A DNA stretch of 64,000 bases, from NCBI GenBank assembly GCA_963702845.1, contig OY969763.1, forward strand, positions 3,488,001-3,552,000, given 5' to 3'. Every line of letters begins with the position of its first letter. Within the stretch, counting starts at the first letter, position 1. The position numbers and the translations under genes were made by a program. This document shows positions 18,161 to 29,158 of the stretch, one piece after another. The DNA comes from an uncultured Verrucomicrobiae bacterium. GTDB lineage: Bacteria; Verrucomicrobiota; Verrucomicrobiia; Limisphaerales; Palsa-1400. The notes beneath the pieces were generated by a model. The model saw nothing but the letters and a program-made list of their open reading frames with translations. It was not told the DNA's origin and did no database searches.

Positions 18161-19963
18161 GTGATTGGCAGTCTCTTACAGCCCGAGCTCGTCGAGCTCA
18201 TTCGCGAGCGCAATTTCAATCAATTGCGCGAAATTCTCGTTGAGTTCCCGGCGGCTGACATCGCCGAAATTCTTGCCGACCTCAGCGGCGAAGACAAAGC
18301 GGTTCTGCTGCGCATTCTGCCACACGACCTCGCTGCCGACGTTTTCGAATATCTCAGTCTCGAAGATCAGGAACGACTTGTTCAAGCCCTGGGCACCGAA
18401 CACGTCGCACGCATCCTGAACGACATTCAGCCCGACGACCGCACCGCCTTGCTGGAGGAACTTCCTGGGCCGGTCACGCAGAGACTTCTCAACTTACTCT
18501 CGCCCGAAGAACGTAAAGTCGCCTCCGACCTGCTCGGCTATCCGAAAGATTCGATCGGCCGTCGCATGACGCCCGAATACATCGCGATCAAAAACAATTG
18601 GACTGTCGGCGATTGCTTCGTCCACTTGCGTCGTGAAGGTAAAAGCCGCGAGGAAGTTTTGAGCCAGCTGTATGTCGTGGACGAAAAAGATCGTCTCGTG
18701 GATTTAGTTCGGCTGCGCAATCTCGTCGTCGCCGACCCAGCGACGCCGGTGACTGATTTGCTCGAAGGCCAAACGTATCCACTGCGTGCCAGCGACGATC
18801 AGGAAACCGCCATCGCGACTTTCAAGAAATATGACATGACGATGTTGCCGGTCGTCGATTCGCAAGGCGTCCTCGTTGGAGTGCTGACGATTGACGACGT
18901 GCTCGACTTGCTCGAACGCGAGACGACGGAAGACATCCAAAAACTCGGCGGTTCCGAAGCGCTGGACGAGCCTTACCTCACGATTGCGCTTCCGCGAATG
19001 ATCCGCAAACGCGCGCCATGGCTGATCATTTTGTTCCTGAGCGAAATGCTCACGACCACCGCGATGGGCTTCTTCGAAGACGAGATCGCCCGTGCCGTCA
19101 TTCTCGCGTTGTTCCTACCACTGATTATTTCCAGCGGCGGCAACTCCGGCTCTCAAGCGACGACTCTTATCATTCGCGCTATTGCAATCGGCGAAGTCAA
19201 ACTCTCCCATTGGTGGCGCGTTATGCGTCGCGAAATTTTCACCGGGTTAACGCTTGGCGTTATTCTCGGCGTCATCGGATTTTGTCGCGTCAGCGTCTGG
19301 CATTTTGCGTTTCACGCCTACGGTCAATACTGGTGGCTTATCGGGTTCACCATCTGTGTGTCCCTGATTGGTGTCATTATGTGGGGTTCACTCTCCGGTT
19401 CGATGCTTCCTTTCGTCTTGAAAAGATGCGGCCTCGATCCCGCCACTGCATCGGCGCCGTTCGTGGCAACGCTGGTCGACGTCACTGGCATTGTGATCTA
19501 TTTCAACGTCGCGTTTTTCGTTTTGGGTGGGAGCCTGCTCAAGGCACCCGCTCCTGGGGTTAAGGAATTCGGTCATAAACCATCCACCGAAATGGTCGCA
19601 AGCATCCTAGGACTTGATGAGCAATGGAACGTTACCAAGGTCGAACTCGACAGCAAACGCGACGTCCTAGTCGTCCAAATCGTGGACACACGCACTTTTG
19701 GCAAGGACTTTCATTGCAAAGATGGTGGAGGAATCGAAGTCGTTGGTCACAGTCCAATGAAGAAATGGAGCTACCCCGATGCATTCGGCCATCATGTCGA
19801 AATCGAATCTGAACTTCCCGAGGTGCGTTGCAAAAATAATCCTCAGGAAAAAATCGTCTATCCCGAAAAAATTCCCTGGGAAGATAAAGGTAAACCTCTT
19901 AGCCAATATTCTCCGCGGAACACGCTCGACCTTTTCTACAACTCATGCGCCTCGCCTGCATAA
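18161..19963 (+). CDS. mgtE: Magnesium transporter MgtE with extra C-terminal domain
   Basis: MgtE_N, CBS pair, SSGGNSGSQ, DPATASAPFVATLVDVTG; about 135-aa extension. Confidence 0.95.
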   Translation: MIGSLLQPELVELIRERNFNQLREILVEFPAADIAEILADLSGEDKAVLLRILPHDLAADVFEYLSLEDQERLVQALGTEHVARILNDIQPDDRTALLEELPGPVTQRLLNLLSPEERKVASDLLGYPKDSIGRRMTPEYIAIKNNWTVGDCFVHLRREGKSREEVLSQLYVVDEKDRLVDLVRLRNLVVADPATPVTDLLEGQTYPLRASDDQETAIATFKKYDMTMLPVVDSQGVLVGVLTIDDVLDLLERETTEDIQKLGGSEALDEPYLTIALPRMIRKRAPWLIILFLSEMLTTTAMGFFEDEIARAVILALFLPLIISSGGNSGSQATTLIIRAIAIGEVKLSHWWRVMRREIFTGLTLGVILGVIGFCRVSVWHFAFHAYGQYWWLIGFTICVSLIGVIMWGSLSGSMLPFVLKRCGLDPATASAPFVATLVDVTGIVIYFNVAFFVLGGSLLKAPAPGVKEFGHKPSTEMVASILGLDEQWNVTKVELDSKRDVLVVQIVDTRTFGKDFHCKDGGGIEVVGHSPMKKWSYPDAFGHHVEIESELPEVRCKNNPQEKIVYPEKIPWEDKGKPLSQYSPRNTLDLFYNSCASPA

Positions 19964-21348
19964 TCCTGCTCGCGCTCGTCTTGCGAGCAACCGCAGCAAC
20001 CGACGACGGCTATCGCGGCATTTGGTATTTCAACCAGGCCTCGCACGACGAATACAAATATAAATACAGCGGCGGCTTCGCGACTTACCCTCAGCAACAC
20101 GAGCCCATGGCCATCTACGCGCCTGCTGTTAAGAAAACTTTCTTCTGTTACGGCGGAACCACCGCTCGCAGCGCGGCCGACAAACAGGAACTGCTGCACA
20201 TGGTTTCATATTTCGACCACGTCACGCACCAGGTTCCCCGGCCCACAATTCTGCTGAACAAGAAAACCAATGACGCACACGACAACCCGACGATCGCGAT
20301 CGACGACGGTGGTTACATTTGGATTTTTTCGGCGTCGCATGGCACCGGTCGTCCGTCCTACATCCATCGCAGCAAGAAGCCTTATTCCATCGACGACTTT
20401 GATCGCATTCTGACGACGAACTTCTCCTATACGCAGCCGTGGTGGTTGCCGCACGATGGATTTGTTTTTCTGCACACGCGTTACAACAGCGGAACAGAAG
20501 GCACCACAGGCACGCGAGGTCTGCATTGGATGACCAGCCCGAACGGTACGAATTGGAGCGCGCCCAAACTACTCGCGAATATCGAAATGGGTGATTACCA
20601 GGTCAGTTGGCCGCATTCGAACACGCTCGCCACCGCCTTCGACTTTCACCCGAAACCGGGAGGACTCAACGCCCGCGCCAATATATATTATCTGCAAACC
20701 TCCGACGCAGGCCACACCTGGCAAACAATTGACGGCAAAGCCTTCAACACTCCTGCCCTGCAAACTAACAACGCCGCGCTGATCTACGACTCGCGCAAAG
20801 ATCATCGCCTCGTCTATCTCAAGGACCTCAATTTCGATGCCGCTGGTCATCCCGTAATTCTTTTTCTCACGAGCAAAGGATACGAGTCGGGGCCGAAGAA
20901 CGGACCGCGCGTTTGGAAAACGGCACGCTGGACAGGTTCACAATGGGAAGTGCGCGATATGACGACTTCCAATAGCAACTACGACCACGGCTCTCTTTAT
21001 ATCGAGCCCGATGGCACCTGGCGCGTCATCGCTCCCACCATTGCCGGACCGCAGCCATACAATCCCGGCGGCGAAATGGTGATGTGGACCAGTTCCGATG
21101 AAGGTAAAACCTGGAACAAAGTAAAACAACTGACCCACGACAGTCCTCTCAACCAGACTTACGCGCGACGTCCGCTCGACGCCGCGCCAGAATTTTACGC
21201 GCTCTGGGCCGATGGCAATCCGCGTCAGCCTTCGGAATCACATTTATACTTCACCGACAAAACCGGTTCGCATGTGTGGCGTATGCCAGCGAAAATGACT
21301 ACGGAAATGGCAACGCCAGAAGAAGTTGTCTTTCCGTCGTCTCATTGA
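19945..21348 (+). CDS. Secreted BNR-4 repeat (beta-propeller) protein
   Basis: Signal peptide; DAHDNPTIAIDDGGYIWIF, Asp-boxes TSDAGHTW and SSDEGKTW. Confidence 0.8.
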   Translation: MRLACIILLALVLRATAATDDGYRGIWYFNQASHDEYKYKYSGGFATYPQQHEPMAIYAPAVKKTFFCYGGTTARSAADKQELLHMVSYFDHVTHQVPRPTILLNKKTNDAHDNPTIAIDDGGYIWIFSASHGTGRPSYIHRSKKPYSIDDFDRILTTNFSYTQPWWLPHDGFVFLHTRYNSGTEGTTGTRGLHWMTSPNGTNWSAPKLLANIEMGDYQVSWPHSNTLATAFDFHPKPGGLNARANIYYLQTSDAGHTWQTIDGKAFNTPALQTNNAALIYDSRKDHRLVYLKDLNFDAAGHPVILFLTSKGYESGPKNGPRVWKTARWTGSQWEVRDMTTSNSNYDHGSLYIEPDGTWRVIAPTIAGPQPYNPGGEMVMWTSSDEGKTWNKVKQLTHDSPLNQTYARRPLDAAPEFYALWADGNPRQPSESHLYFTDKTGSHVWRMPAKMTTEMATPEEVVFPSSH

Positions 21349-21382
21349 ATACTGCGGCCCGTCAAATCTTCAAACATCCAGA

Positions 21383-22654
21383 ATGACTGCCGGCCGACTA
21401 CTCGCGCTAATCTGGATTTTGACACTCCCTTTCACTGCGAGCGCTGGCTCAAGATATAATGAACCGTTCCCGCGCGCGGCTTCGAAGAAAGGTCTCCAGG
21501 TCGAGATGATCGATGACGCGCTCGCCCTGGGCGTCAAACATGCGGCGCTCAACTTCGATCTCGCCCGGCTTGTTGATCCAGTCGGAGCGCCGGAGAACCC
21601 CAGCTACGAACTCAACGGAAAAACTTATCACTTCCGCCGCGCCTACGTCGAATCGATGGACAACCGCATCAAAGCCCTCTCCGACCACGGCATCCTCGTT
21701 TACATCATCGCCCTCGCCTATCAATCGAACGATCCTCAAGTCGATCGTTTGATGCTCCATCCGCGACGCGCTACGAATCTTCCCAACGGCCTCGCCGCCT
21801 TCAACACAATTACGGACGAAAGCCGCGATTGGTTCCAGGCCAGCCTCGAATTCGTCGCTGAGCGCTGGTCGCGACCAGACCAACATTTTGGTCGCGCCGT
21901 GGGTTACATTATTGGCAATGAAGTAAACTCCCACTCGGCCTGGTATAACATGGGCCCGGCCACCATGGAGCAATTTGCCGATGACTATCTCCGCACTGTT
22001 CGCCTCGCCCACACCGCCATTCGAAAACAATCCTCATCGGCGCGTGTCTATATTTCCCTCGAACACCATTGGAATATTCATTACCCGGCGATGAGTGATA
22101 AGGAAAGTTTCGCCGGCCATCCTTTTCTCGAATACTTCGCACGCCGCGCCAAAGAAGGCGGCGATTTCGACTGGAACCTCGCTTTCCATCCCTATCCCGA
22201 AAACCTATTCGAACCGCGTTTCTGGAACGACAAATCCGCCACCACCAGCACCAACACCGCTCGTATCACTTTCAAAAATCTCGAGATGCTCACGCGTTTC
22301 ATGAACCAGCCGGCCATTCGTTATCACGGCAAACCGCGCAGCATCATTCTCAGCGAACAAGGCTTCCACACTCCCGACGGTCCTGATGGCCAAAAAATCC
22401 AGGCGGCCGCTTTCTGTTACGCCTATAAAAAAGTCGAATCGCTGAAAGGCGTCGACGCCTTCATCCTCCATCGTCACGTCGACAATGCGAACGAAGGTGG
22501 CCTCATGCTCGGCCTGCGCGGCTTGACACCAGCCAACGGTGAACAACGTCCGAAAAAATTTATCTACGATTGCTTCCTCGCTGCCGATATGCCCGACTGG
22601 AAAAGCAAATTCCAATTCGCTCTTCCAATCATCGGGTTGAAAAGTTGGCGGTGA
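21383..22654 (+). CDS. DUF5722-like clan GH-A glycoside hydrolase, secreted
   Basis: IIGNEVN acid/base motif, AFHPYP, ILSEQG nucleophile motif. Confidence 0.75.
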   Translation: MTAGRLLALIWILTLPFTASAGSRYNEPFPRAASKKGLQVEMIDDALALGVKHAALNFDLARLVDPVGAPENPSYELNGKTYHFRRAYVESMDNRIKALSDHGILVYIIALAYQSNDPQVDRLMLHPRRATNLPNGLAAFNTITDESRDWFQASLEFVAERWSRPDQHFGRAVGYIIGNEVNSHSAWYNMGPATMEQFADDYLRTVRLAHTAIRKQSSSARVYISLEHHWNIHYPAMSDKESFAGHPFLEYFARRAKEGGDFDWNLAFHPYPENLFEPRFWNDKSATTSTNTARITFKNLEMLTRFMNQPAIRYHGKPRSIILSEQGFHTPDGPDGQKIQAAAFCYAYKKVESLKGVDAFILHRHVDNANEGGLMLGLRGLTPANGEQRPKKFIYDCFLAADMPDWKSKFQFALPIIGLKSWR

Positions 22655-22748
22655 CGTATCAGGAGGATTTCAAAAACGAAAGACGCTAAGATGCAAAAGC
22701 GCAAAGAGGATTTGAGGGTCAGAACTCAGTAAAAATCACTTAAACTTT

Positions 22749-23573
22749 TCAGAGGCTGTTCGTCTGGATGTTCGGTGGTTTATAAAACAAAACCCAACTA
22801 CCAGTGGCCGAACCAACATCGATCGTTGCGCGCGCATTCTGAAGTTTGAACGGATACCATTGCACGCGCCCGTCCTCGAAAAGGAAATTGCCGCCCACTG
22901 GTACGTTCGCGGCATCACGATGGCTCGCGGTTGGAAAATACGTTGTGCCATTGAGCGATGCCGACCACGCCAACGATCCCGTGCCCGCGCTGATATTCCA
23001 CGAGCCGGTTGCCTGGAGCCGATCACTCATGATCGGCGCGTTTCGAAACTGCCCGCCCAGTTTCTTCTTGAAGTGCCAATCAGGCACGCCCGCCGACGCA
23101 TAGTCCCAGGTATTTCCCGCGTTGTTTTCCCGTGCAAACATCGAAAAATATCCGATCAACTGTGCGGTGGTATCGGTACTGATCGTCGTTTCGGCTGCGC
23201 GATGCCACTCGTCCGTCGGACAATAAAGAACATCCTGCCGCGTGCGCTCGTGTTGCGTCGTGCTGCGCCGATTCGGATTTAGATAACCTTGGTAAAACGG
23301 GTTCAGATCAGGCGACATCCAACTTAAGTCACGTCCTTTCGAATTATCCGGAAAATAATTCCGGTTCTCGCCCGCGTACAAATTAATAGCTGTCCCCCAC
23401 TGCTTGAGATTGCTCATGCACTGCGCTTTGACCGCGCTGCTTTTTGCGCGTGCCAACGCCGGCAATAACATGGACGCGAGAATGGCAATGATTGCGATGA
23501 CGACGAGCAATTCGATCAACGTAAAGCCCAGTTCGCGCGGAGACGCGCGCTCACTCTGATCGGTCGGGGACAT
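22749..23573 (-). CDS. Prepilin-type N-methylation domain protein (DUF1559-like)
   Basis: [26 protein letters not shown]-terminal H...GGNFLFEDG. Confidence 0.9.
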   Translation of the reverse strand: MSPTDQSERASPRELGFTLIELLVVIAIIAILASMLLPALARAKSSAVKAQCMSNLKQWGTAINLYAGENRNYFPDNSKGRDLSWMSPDLNPFYQGYLNPNRRSTTQHERTRQDVLYCPTDEWHRAAETTISTDTTAQLIGYFSMFARENNAGNTWDYASAGVPDWHFKKKLGGQFRNAPIMSDRLQATGSWNISAGTGSLAWSASLNGTTYFPTASHRDAANVPVGGNFLFEDGRVQWYPFKLQNARATIDVGSATGSWVLFYKPPNIQTNSL

Positions 23574-23833
23574 GACCAATATTTACTCTGCCAACCGCGC
23601 TGGAGCAAGACGTACTATCAACCAAAAGAAGGTCGGTCGCTTCCTCAGCGCCCGTCAATTTTGTAATCGGGCACACAAATAACAGTTAGGTAAGTCACCG
23701 ATAGCGCCACACGAATTAATCTGATAACTGTAATATCCACTGGCTGCGAAAGTTGCAGTTGTAATTTACGCCGCTCTATGATTGAATAGGAACTGCAAAT
23801 ACTGACCCGTTGAGGCACATTTTTAATCCTGTC

Positions 23834-24607
23834 ATGCGAATCTTGATTCTTGCGGTCCTGGCTTTGGCTTCCTGGACTTCTCACGCCCTGACCATCCAGG
23901 TGGATGCTGATCTGCTCAAAGACTCGAGCGGCAACGCCATGCCCACTAACGGCCTCGTTGTTCTGGTTGCCAGCACGACCGACACTAACTTCAACGGCCC
24001 CACCGCCGGCGCTTTCGCCACGGGCGATGATATCGTCGTTGCGAAGTTTAATCTGGCCTCTTCCGGCGCGCCGGGCGTCTTGATCGATGTCGCCGCAAGC
24101 CTCAGCTTTTCCGGCAACTGGAATCCCGGCGACCCGCTCGCTATTTATTGGTTTCCCACACTGACAACGAATTCCACCGCTCCGACCGCCGGCATTCCCT
24201 ACGGCATGTATACGACGACCACTCCTTTGGACGGCAGCGATCCGTGGGTGACGCCTCAATCTTCCGCAAACATCGACCTGCGATTTATCACCACTGATTC
24301 CGATTCAGTCAATGGCCACCTCGCCGGCTCAAATCCCGCTTCGGCTGGATTGGCAAGTCTCGTTGTCACCGGCAGCGCCCCGTCGCCGAACCTGGCTATT
24401 CACATGCTTAGCGGCAGCACAGTTGGCATTCACCTCACCGGCGTCGCCAATGCAAACTATGCGTTGCAATACGTCACCGCGTTGCTGAACACGAACAACA
24501 GTTGGTTGACTCTCTCCAATGGCAAAGCTGACTCGAACGGTGTGATTGATTTCCAGGACACTCCCGGAGCCGCCCAACGCTCCTATCGTTCGCAGGTTCT
24601 GCCCTAA
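23834..24607 (+). CDS. Secreted hypothetical protein with verrucomicrobial-type C-terminal domain
   Basis: Signal peptide; ends ...YALQY...SW...FQD...QRSYRSQVLP. Confidence 0.75.
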   Translation: MRILILAVLALASWTSHALTIQVDADLLKDSSGNAMPTNGLVVLVASTTDTNFNGPTAGAFATGDDIVVAKFNLASSGAPGVLIDVAASLSFSGNWNPGDPLAIYWFPTLTTNSTAPTAGIPYGMYTTTTPLDGSDPWVTPQSSANIDLRFITTDSDSVNGHLAGSNPASAGLASLVVTGSAPSPNLAIHMLSGSTVGIHLTGVANANYALQYVTALLNTNNSWLTLSNGKADSNGVIDFQDTPGAAQRSYRSQVLP

Positions 24608-24635
24608 GTGGTTTTAGCGGCAGCTTCAGCCGGAA

Positions 24636-26843
24636 TTACGAGCTCTGAGATTCCGGCCGTAACGCCAGCACACTCAACGGTGGCAACGTCAGATTCAATG
24701 AATACGGTTGCCCGTGTGTTTTGACTTCGTCCGCATTCACGCCGCCGAGATTGCCATTGTTACCTCCGCCATAAGTTCCTGCGTCGGTATTGACGACCTC
24801 TTTCCAGAACCCCGGCTGCGGGACGCCGATTCGATAATTGTGACGGAGCACCGGCGTTAAATTCATAATGACGGCAACACGACGCGAACCGTCCTGGTTC
24901 TGTCGCATGAACGACAACACACTGTTCTCCACGTCACTGCAATCAATCCACCAGAAGCCGGACAGATCATAGTCCCCGTCGAAAACGGCCGGCTCATTCT
25001 TGTAAAAATGATTCAGGTCGCGCATGAAATTTTGCAGACCGCGATGAAACGGTCCGGCATCGAGCAGCCACCAATCCAGCGACGCGTTGGCGTTCCACTC
25101 CGCGGTTTGGCCAAATTCAGTGCCCATCATCAGCAATTGTTTCCCGGGGAAAAGCCATTGATACGCCAGCAGCGCGCGCAAGTTGGCAAACTTCTGCCAA
25201 TCATCACCGGGCATCTTGCGCAACAGCGATCCCTTCCCGTGCACGATTTCATCATGGGACAACGGCAGAATAAAATTCTCGTTGTGATGATAGAGCATCG
25301 CGAACGTCAGATCGTTCTGGTGAAATTTGCGATGAATCGGATCGCGACTGAAATAATTCAACGTGTCGTGCATCCAGCCCATGTTCCACTTGAACGTGAA
25401 ACCCAAACCGCCGAGATACGGCGGGCGCGTCACCAGCGGCCACGCCGTCGATTCTTCCGCCACCGTAATCACTCCTGGCGCTTCTGTGTGCACCACGTGA
25501 TTGAAGTGACGCAGAAACTCGACCGCTTCCAAATTTTCGCGACCACCATATTGATTGGGAATCCACTCATCGTGTTTACGCGAGTAATCGAGGTAAAGCA
25601 TCGAAGCCACCGCATCGACGCGCAGGCCGTCCATATGAAAGCGGTCGCACCAGAACAGCGCATTCGCCGCGAGAAAATTCCGGACTTCGTGCCGTCCGTA
25701 ATTGAAAATCAGTGTACCCCAATCCTGATGCGCGCCTTTGCGCGGATCTTCGTGTTCGTATAGGGCGGTGCCATCAAACTTGGCCAACGCCCATTCGTCG
25801 CGCGGGAAGTGCGCCGGAACCCAATCCATCAACACGCCGATGCCCGCTTCATGCAGACGATTAACCAAAAATTGAAATTCGTCCGGAGTTCCGAATCGAC
25901 TCGTCGGTGCGTAAAACCCGGTCACTTGATATCCCCACGAAGGAAAATAGGCGTGCTCCGCCGTCGGTAAAAATTCCACATGTGTGAATCCCATGTCCTT
26001 GACGTATTTGGCCAAAGGCTCGGCCATCTCACGATAGCTCAGCGATTCGACCTCATTCTTTTTCCGCCACGAGCCAACGTGTACTTCGTAAATGCTCATC
26101 GGACTGCGGAACGGATTTTGTTCCCGCCGCTTCTTCAGCCACGCCTCATCGTTCCACTTGAACTTATTATTATTCCAAACGATCGCGGCATTTTTCGGCG
26201 GTGTCTCAAAAAAGAACGCATACGGGTCCGTGTTCAACTTCACTCGGCCGTTGATATCTTTGATTTCGTATTTGTAATGCGCGCCTTCGCCAACATTGGG
26301 GATAAAAATTTCCCAAATACCCGATGCTCCAATCGAGCGCATCGCATGGCAGCGTCCATCCCACTTGTTGAAATCACCCACGACACTGACGCGTTGCGCA
26401 TTCGGCGCCCAGACGGCGAAACTTGTGCCGGCCACCCCGTCAATCGTGCGGAGGTGCGAACCAAGCTTATCGTAAATCCGACGTTCATTCCCCTGCCCAA
26501 ACAGAAACACATCCTGTTCACCGAGCGTCGGCAAAAACGAATACGGGTCGCGCATTTGTATTTTGCGACCGTCGTGTTCGGTGATCACAAGATCGTAAGC
26601 ATACACCTGGCTGACTTTGTCGACCTTGCCCTCGAACACGCCATGGTCATGAATGCGCTGTAATTTGACGGCGGGTTTATTTTTTTCGTGCGTGGGAACA
26701 ATCTCGACCTTTGCCGCTTGCGGCCAGAAGGCGCGCACCACCAGGCCTGCGCCATTGCCGAGCGGGTGCATCCCTAAAAATTGGTGCGGTGACCGGTGCT
26801 GGACGCGAATCAGGCCTTCCAATTCTTCCTGTGCCAAAATCAT
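24636..26843 (-). CDS. glgB: 1,4-alpha-glucan branching enzyme
   Basis: FAVWAPNA, SWGYQ, DWVPAHF, GLRVDAVASM, AEEST, LSHDE. Confidence 0.97.
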   Translation of the reverse strand: MILAQEELEGLIRVQHRSPHQFLGMHPLGNGAGLVVRAFWPQAAKVEIVPTHEKNKPAVKLQRIHDHGVFEGKVDKVSQVYAYDLVITEHDGRKIQMRDPYSFLPTLGEQDVFLFGQGNERRIYDKLGSHLRTIDGVAGTSFAVWAPNAQRVSVVGDFNKWDGRCHAMRSIGASGIWEIFIPNVGEGAHYKYEIKDINGRVKLNTDPYAFFFETPPKNAAIVWNNNKFKWNDEAWLKKRREQNPFRSPMSIYEVHVGSWRKKNEVESLSYREMAEPLAKYVKDMGFTHVEFLPTAEHAYFPSWGYQVTGFYAPTSRFGTPDEFQFLVNRLHEAGIGVLMDWVPAHFPRDEWALAKFDGTALYEHEDPRKGAHQDWGTLIFNYGRHEVRNFLAANALFWCDRFHMDGLRVDAVASMLYLDYSRKHDEWIPNQYGGRENLEAVEFLRHFNHVVHTEAPGVITVAEESTAWPLVTRPPYLGGLGFTFKWNMGWMHDTLNYFSRDPIHRKFHQNDLTFAMLYHHNENFILPLSHDEIVHGKGSLLRKMPGDDWQKFANLRALLAYQWLFPGKQLLMMGTEFGQTAEWNANASLDWWLLDAGPFHRGLQNFMRDLNHFYKNEPAVFDGDYDLSGFWWIDCSDVENSVLSFMRQNQDGSRRVAVIMNLTPVLRHNYRIGVPQPGFWKEVVNTDAGTYGGGNNGNLGGVNADEVKTHGQPYSLNLTLPPLSVLALRPESQSS

Positions 26844-27046
26844 TCAGCGGCAACGTAACACGAAATTTTATAAACGAACAAAAATTTTTTGTCAGTGACA
26901 GCAGTTCCAAAATCGCGAGCACCCAGTGAAACCATTACGCGGTCGTCAGGGGCATCTGTCGGTAGAATTTTGACATAGCGCGTAGGAACACCTCCTGATG
27001 CAACTTTCAGGACGACATCTTTTGAGCGATTTGTAGAATACAGGTC

Positions 27047-27217
27047 ATGGATCGTGACGAAGGCATGAACAGCTTAGCTTTGTTGAAACAATCCATTGAG
27101 GATTCCGAAGCTACTTTGCGCCAGATGAAACAAACGATCGAAGTCGTCGATGCCCGGTTGAAACAGCATTCACAGACGCAGCCGTGCGAAACTTTTTCCT
27201 CGAACCGCGAGAGCTAA
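27047..27217 (+). CDS. Possible 56-aa coiled-coil small protein
   Basis: MDRDEGMNSLALLKQSIEDSEATLRQMKQTIEVVDARLKQH...; fills the gap and stops 3 bp from the convergent gene. Confidence 0.4.
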   Translation: MDRDEGMNSLALLKQSIEDSEATLRQMKQTIEVVDARLKQHSQTQPCETFSSNRES

Positions 27218-27220
27218 CTA

Positions 27221-27673
27221 TTATTTGAAAGCTGCCCCTGGCGGAGCCTGGTTGATCGCCAGCCAGTAATAGCCGAGTTGTCCCATGATACTCTGGAAAT
27301 CCGAAAAACTGATTGGCTTCTGAATGTAGCTGTTCACCCCGTATTTATAGCTTTCCACCATGTCGCGTTGCTGATTGGACGAAGTCATTACCACCACTGG
27401 CACAGCACGAGTCCTCGGATCTTCCTTCAACTGCCGCAACACTTCGAGCCCTTCAACCTTCGGCAACTTCAAATCGAGCAACACGACTCTTGGCGGCGAT
27501 TCAAAACTGCGTTCGCAATGCGAGCCGCGACAAAACAGAAAGTCCAACGCTTCTTCCCCATCCCGCGCCACATGGACCTTGTTCGCGAGCTTGTGCTTCT
27601 GCAGCGCCAACAGCGTCAACTCGAGGTCCGTCGGATTGTCTTCTACCAGCAAAATTTCAATAGCGGTACTCAT
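27221..27673 (-). CDS. Single-domain response regulator (Rcp-like)
   Basis: LLVEDN, LLDLKLPKVEG, TSS, NSYIQKP. Confidence 0.92.
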   Translation of the reverse strand: MSTAIEILLVEDNPTDLELTLLALQKHKLANKVHVARDGEEALDFLFCRGSHCERSFESPPRVVLLDLKLPKVEGLEVLRQLKEDPRTRAVPVVVMTSSNQQRDMVESYKYGVNSYIQKPISFSDFQSIMGQLGYYWLAINQAPPGAAFK

Positions 27674-29151
27674 TTGGTTGCGCGCTGATCGGCTGCAAGG
27701 CCACGGAAAGTGAACCAAAAAGTCGCTCCTTTGTCGAGTTCGGACGACGCCCAAATCTTGCCATCGTGCAGGTCAAGGATGCGTTTGACGATCGCCAAGC
27801 CCACGCCGGTCCCTTCGAAATCTTCCGCCCGGTGCAATCGTTGGAAAACGCCAAATAACTTAGCGACATAGCGATTATCAAACCCGACGCCATTATCTCG
27901 CACTAAAATTGCCGGTGTGCCGTCGACCGTCTGCAAGTCAATACAGATGACGGCCCGTTCCCGCGGCCGTGTGTATTTAACAGCGTTGGCAATCAAGTTC
28001 GTAAACACCTGCTTCATCAAGCCGGGGTCACAGACAGCCGTCGGTAAGCGCCCGATCGTCCACTCGATATTGCGATGTTCGATTTCCGGTCGCATCTCAC
28101 CAATAACTTCGTCCACAAGCGCGTTAAGTGAAACCGGTTGTTGCGCTACTTCCACACGAGCGACGCGCGAGAGGTTTAGCAAGTCGTCGATCAGCCGCCC
28201 CATATTCTGAACTCCCACACGAATGCGCTCGATGTATTTGCGCAATTGCGGCGACGCACTGGTGGCGGTTTGCTCTTCGGCCAATTGCGCAAAGGCGTCA
28301 ACGTGCCGGAGCGGGGCCCGTAAATCATGCGACACAGAATAAGTAAACGCTTCCAATTCTTTGTTAGTCGCTGCCAATTCCGCGGTCCGGACCAGCACGC
28401 GTTCTTCCAATTCACGGTTCAACTGCTGCAGATCGCGCTGGCTGGCCTGCAACGCCGCCTCACGCTCCTGGATCTGGTTGAGCATATGGTTGAACGCCTT
28501 GGTCAAAGTGCCCAGTTCGTCGGCGCTTGAAGTCTTCGCCCGCACGTTGTAGTCGCGCTTTTCAGAAACCATCCGAGCCGTATTGGCGAGTTCGAGAATC
28601 GGTTGTGAAATTTGTCGCTGCAACCACTTCGTCAACAATGCAATGATTGCTATCGCCGTCAGCATAACCGCTCCAACGATCACCGCGTAGAGGCGAAAAC
28701 GGTCATAGAGAGGTGACAAGTCCGATTGCACATACAATGTTCCGACCCACCGCTCGTTCTCGTGTACCGGATAGAAAACCTCCAGCACGCCGTGACCGAA
28801 CCGCGACACTTCTCTAATTTCCACGGCGGGGTAATTTGTATCCGCCAGTGTTTTTGGATAATGCGCCAGGATTTTGCGGTCGCGCGTGTAAAGTGCCGCC
28901 TTAATCACGGTCGGTTCTGCCTGCAGTTTGGAAAGAATTTCGTTTGCGGTTTTCGGCTCCTCAAACAACAGCGATGCGCTCGCATTGGCCGCCGTAATTT
29001 CGGCGAGAATATTGAGGTTCACGACGAGGTTGCGACGCGCAGTGATCACCCCGTATGTCACGAACGCCATCGACGCAAGTAGCAAAACGCTGCCGCCGGT
29101 CAGCAACATTGCCAACATCAGCTTTCGTTTGATTGGGACGTTTCTCAGCAT
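27670..29151 (-). CDS. Sensor histidine kinase (periplasmic sensor, HAMP, HisKA, HATPase)
   Basis: Two TMs, SVSHDLRAPLR, NLIANAVKY, DNGVG, GTGVGLAI. Confidence 0.95.
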   Translation of the reverse strand: MLRNVPIKRKLMLAMLLTGGSVLLLASMAFVTYGVITARRNLVVNLNILAEITAANASASLLFEEPKTANEILSKLQAEPTVIKAALYTRDRKILAHYPKTLADTNYPAVEIREVSRFGHGVLEVFYPVHENERWVGTLYVQSDLSPLYDRFRLYAVIVGAVMLTAIAIIALLTKWLQRQISQPILELANTARMVSEKRDYNVRAKTSSADELGTLTKAFNHMLNQIQEREAALQASQRDLQQLNRELEERVLVRTAELAATNKELEAFTYSVSHDLRAPLRHVDAFAQLAEEQTATSASPQLRKYIERIRVGVQNMGRLIDDLLNLSRVARVEVAQQPVSLNALVDEVIGEMRPEIEHRNIEWTIGRLPTAVCDPGLMKQVFTNLIANAVKYTRPRERAVICIDLQTVDGTPAILVRDNGVGFDNRYVAKLFGVFQRLHRAEDFEGTGVGLAIVKRILDLHDGKIWASSELDKGATFWFTFRGLAADQRATK

Positions 29152-29158
29152 CGCTACG

